A stretch of 63,760 bases of DNA, counting the filler, from Octopus bimaculoides (taxonomy: Eukaryota), in NCBI RefSeq assembly GCF_001194135.2. It is 7 parts of 7 records of this genome, joined end to end, with 100 filler letters (N's around TTAATTAATTAA, not from the genome) between each part and the next. Parts side by side here need not be neighbours in the genome. Positions count along the whole stretch, not along the records: positions 48,213 to 63,760 come from NC_068992.1; 6 more parts are not named here. One strand, written 5' to 3'. A program made the position numbers and the translations under genes. Below, piece after piece: positions 60,566 to 63,760 of this stretch; position 1 is the first letter of the stretch; the number at the start of each line of letters is the position of its first letter. Under the pieces are notes generated by a model. It was not told where the DNA came from. It saw only the letters and a program-made list of their open reading frames with translations, and did no database searches.

Positions 60566-62097
60566 TAATTACGAACCAAGCTTACCCCCCTCTCTCTCTG
60601 CTCTCTCTTGTCTCTCCCCCTCTCTCTCTCTCTGCTCTCTCTTGTCTCTCCCCTCTCTCTCTCTCTTCTATATCTCTCCCTCTTTTCTTTCGAATACAAA
60701 CACACACACAAGGACATACGAAACCATTCCTCCATTTTCACTTGCAGCGGAAAATGGAGGCATCTAAGCTGTTCTATGTGGAGGCGTGGAAGTCGTACAC
60801 GGCTTAAAATATGAGAGTTGAAATGCAAAGAGAGGTAAAAATCAGAATAGAAAAAGCTTCAAAGTCTGAAAGCTCAGAATAACAAATTCTGAAATGCTTT
60901 AAGAANNNNNNNNNNNNNNNNNNNNNNNNNNNNNNNNNNNNNNNNNNNNNNNNNNNNNNNNNNNNNNNNNNNNNNNNNNNNNNNNNNNNNNNNNNNNNNN
61001 NNNNNNNNNNNNNNNNNNNNNNNNNNNNNNNNNNNNNNNNNNNNNNNNNNNNNNNNNNNNNNNNNNNNNNNNNNNNNNNNNNNNNNNNNNNNNNNNNNNN
61101 NNNNNNNNNNNNNNNNNNNNNNNNNNNNNNNNNNNNNNNNNNNNNNNNNNNNNNNNNNNNNNNNNNNNNNNNNNNNNNNNNNNNNNNNNNNNNNNNNNNN
61201 NNNNNNNNNNNNNNNNNNNNNNNNNNNNNNNNNNNNNNNNNNNNNNNNNNNNNNNNNNNNNNNNNNNNNNNNNNNNNNNNNNNNNNNNNNNNNNNNNNNN
61301 NNNNNNNNNNNNNNNNNNNNNNNNNNNNNNNNNNNNNNNNNNNNNNNNNNNNNNNNNNNNNNNNNNNNNNNNNNNNNNNNNNNNNNNNNNNNNNNNNNNN
61401 NNNNNNNNNNNNNNNNNNNNNNNNNNNNNNNNNNNNNNNNNNNNNNNNNNNNNNNNNNNNNNNNNNNNNNNNNNNNNNNNNNNNNNNNNNNNNNNNNNNN
61501 NNNNNNNNNNNNNNNNNNNNNNNNNNNNNNNNNNNNNNNNNNNNNNNNAGTGTGAGAAATGTCAGCGAATAAAAGACAATGTCTACGCTTCATGAATATT
61601 TCAATTGACGTGAAATGAACTATTTAATATAAGTAATTAAAAAATTAGTAGAAATACTTAATTGCTTAGTAATTAAATTAATGACATAAATATACACTCC
61701 GACACACAGTAAGACTTTTGCTAAATAATTTAACTGAAGTATCTCTCTCTCATTCTCTGTCTCTCTCTCTCTTTCCCATCCTGTTTCATTCATGGTTTTT
61801 TTTCTCTCTCACATATTCTCTCCAGACGTCTTTGTTTCTAACATCTCTGTCTATATCTCCACACAGATTCTTTTTCCCGCCTTTGAGATAGTGATGTGCG
61901 TGTGAGAGAGTGAGTGAATGTGTGAGTGCGTGTGTGTGAATGTGTGTATGTGAGTGTACGTGAGTGTGTGAGAGAGTGGGTGAGTGTGTTAGTGCGTATG
62001 TGTGAGTGTGTGTGTGTGAGTGCGTGTGTTAGTGTGTATGTATGTGTATGTGTATGAGTGAGTGTGTGTTAGTACGTATGAGTGAGTGTGTGTGTAT

Positions 62098-62124
<27 letters not shown>

Positions 62125-62130
<6 letters not shown>

Positions 62131-62277
62131 CATACTTGCTGAGTATCCCGTTGTTGCCTTTATTTCCTTTTTTCCCCACCCCTCCCTCAGGTCATGGTCT
62201 GTCATGACTTCTCCGATGGATCGGCCTCTTAATCAGGACAGATATCCACGTTATTTGGGGCAATTTATGATGTCTCA
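62125..62277 (+). repeat. About 150-bp diverged repeat, copy 1 (copy 2 at 63552-63700)
   Basis: Both read GTGTACATACTTGCTG..GTTGCCTTTATTTCCTT..CCGATGGAT..CTTAATCA..GGGGCAATTTATGAT after a (GT)n tract. Confidence 0.85.
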
Positions 62278-62314
62278 ATAAATTAAGTTTTTTTTTTCCA
62301 TTTAGCTCATAGAC

Positions 62315-62525
62315 GTCTGTGTTTGTCCCCCTAGCATTGATTGACAACCGATGCTGGTGTGTTTATGTCCCCGTAACTTAGCGGTTCGGCAAAAGAAACC
62401 AACGGAATAAGTACTAGGTTTACAAAGAATAAATGCTTGTGTCGATTTCTTCTACTAAAACCCTTTATGACTGTACTCCAGCATGGCCGCAGTCAAATGA
62501 CCAAAACAAATGAAAGACTAAAAGA
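62315..62525 (+). mobile_element. SINE family A, 3' half
   Basis: GTCTGTGTTTGTCCCC...GAATAAGTACTAGG...CCAGCATGGCCGCAGTCAAATGAC. Confidence 0.85.
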
Positions 62526-62654
62526 ACATACACACATCCATTTGTACATACGTACATACATGTATACATACACACATACATACACACATACATTCATACA
62601 TACATAACGTCACAAAATCTCTTATTGTGTGTGTGCATTTGCCTGTGTCTGCAT

Positions 62655-62816
62655 GCGTAGGAATGGCTGTGTGGTAAGTAGCTTGCTTGCCAGCCACATG
62701 ATTCCGGGTTCAGTCCCACTGCGTGGTTCCTTAAGAAAGTGTCTTCTGCTATAGCATCGGGCCGACCAAAGTCTTGTGAGTGGATTTGGTAGACGGAAAC
62801 TGAAAGAAGCCCGTCG

Positions 62817-62858
<42 letters not shown>

Positions 62859-63102
62859 NNNNNNNNNNNNNNNNNNNNNNNNNNNNNNNNNNNNNNNNNN
62901 NNNNNNNNNNNNNNNNNNNNNNNNNNNNNNNNNNNNNNNNNNNNNNNNNNNNNNNNNNNNNNNNNNNNNNNNNNNNNNNNNNNNNNNNNNNNNNNNNNNN
63001 NNNNNNNNNNNNNNNNNNNNNNNNNNNNNNNNNNNNNNNNNNNNNNNNNNNNNNNNNNNNNNNNNNNNNNNNNNNNNNNNNNNNNNNNNNNNNNNNNNNN
63101 NN

Positions 63103-63139
<37 letters not shown>

Positions 63140-63329
63140 CTTTCCCCCAACATCGCTTGGCAACCGATGCTGGTGTGTTTACGTCCCCGTAACTTAGCAG
63201 TTCGGCAAAATACACCGATAGAATAAGTACTAGGCTTACAAAGAATAAGTCCTGCGGTCGATTTGTTCGACTAAAAGTCGGTGCTCCAGCATGGCCGTAG
63301 TCAAATGACTGAAACAAGTAATAAAAAAA
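62655..63329 (+). mobile_element. SINE family A, full length, internal microsatellite spanning a gap
   Basis: Head, CORE-like box, (TA)n-gap-(TG)n, and 3' tail as in 1772-2192. Confidence 0.92.
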
Positions 63330-63551
63330 TATGCGTGCGTACACGTGCACACGCAGTCATATACCTATGTGGTCGCACACCCACATATATATATAAATGT
63401 GTATTTGAATATACACGCATACGTATATAGGCAGGATGTGATAGAGAAGAGAGCAAAAGCTATCAGAAATACATTTGTGCCCGTGGGTGCGTGCGTATAT
63501 GTGTGTGTGAGTATGTGGATGCGTGTGTGTGTTAGTGTGTGTGTATGTGTG

Positions 63552-63700
63552 TGTGTGTACATACTTGCTGGCTATCCTGTCGTTGCCTTTATTTCCTTCT
63601 TTCCCCTCCCTGCCCTCATGTTATTGTCTGCATGTCTTTTCCGATGGATTGGCCCCTTAATCAAGACAGATACGCGCATTATTCGGGGCAATTTATGATT
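63552..63700 (+). repeat. About 150-bp diverged repeat, copy 2
   Basis: Homologous to 62125-62277. Confidence 0.85.
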
Positions 63701-63760
63701 TATATATGTACATATCTATCTATCTATCTATCTATCTATGTATATATATATATATATATA

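Overview
AT-rich eukaryotic genomic DNA, dense in microsatellites, with many N gaps. The SINE families and simple-repeat load resemble an octopus (coleoid cephalopod) genome; that is pattern-based inference, not a database result. I cannot support any intact host protein-coding gene; most listed ORFs are microsatellite, gap or SINE read-throughs. The window is mostly decayed mobile elements: tRNA-headed SINEs (working labels A, B, C); RTE, CR1 and R4/Dong-type LINE remnants; a truncated Ty3/Gypsy element (PBS, gag, protease); Tc1/mariner and pogo/Tigger remnants; and a head-to-tail pair of non-autonomous Helitron-like elements. It also holds a 3'-truncated U6 snRNA retrocopy and assembly artefacts (six TTAATTAATTAA linkers, gap-flanking duplications). 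The most interesting structures are: (1) a minimal hammerhead-ribozyme-like motif within a ~143-bp inverted repeat (46533-46979); (2) a heterodimeric SINE found twice, each copy in its own TSD (54695-56190); (3) a 3' stem-loop shared, with a compensatory change, by a CR1 LINE and SINE-A; (4) a tandem 24-nt microexon plus 65-nt intron cassette (10381-10558); (5) a mariner-like element made of two 5' ends (27781-28672).
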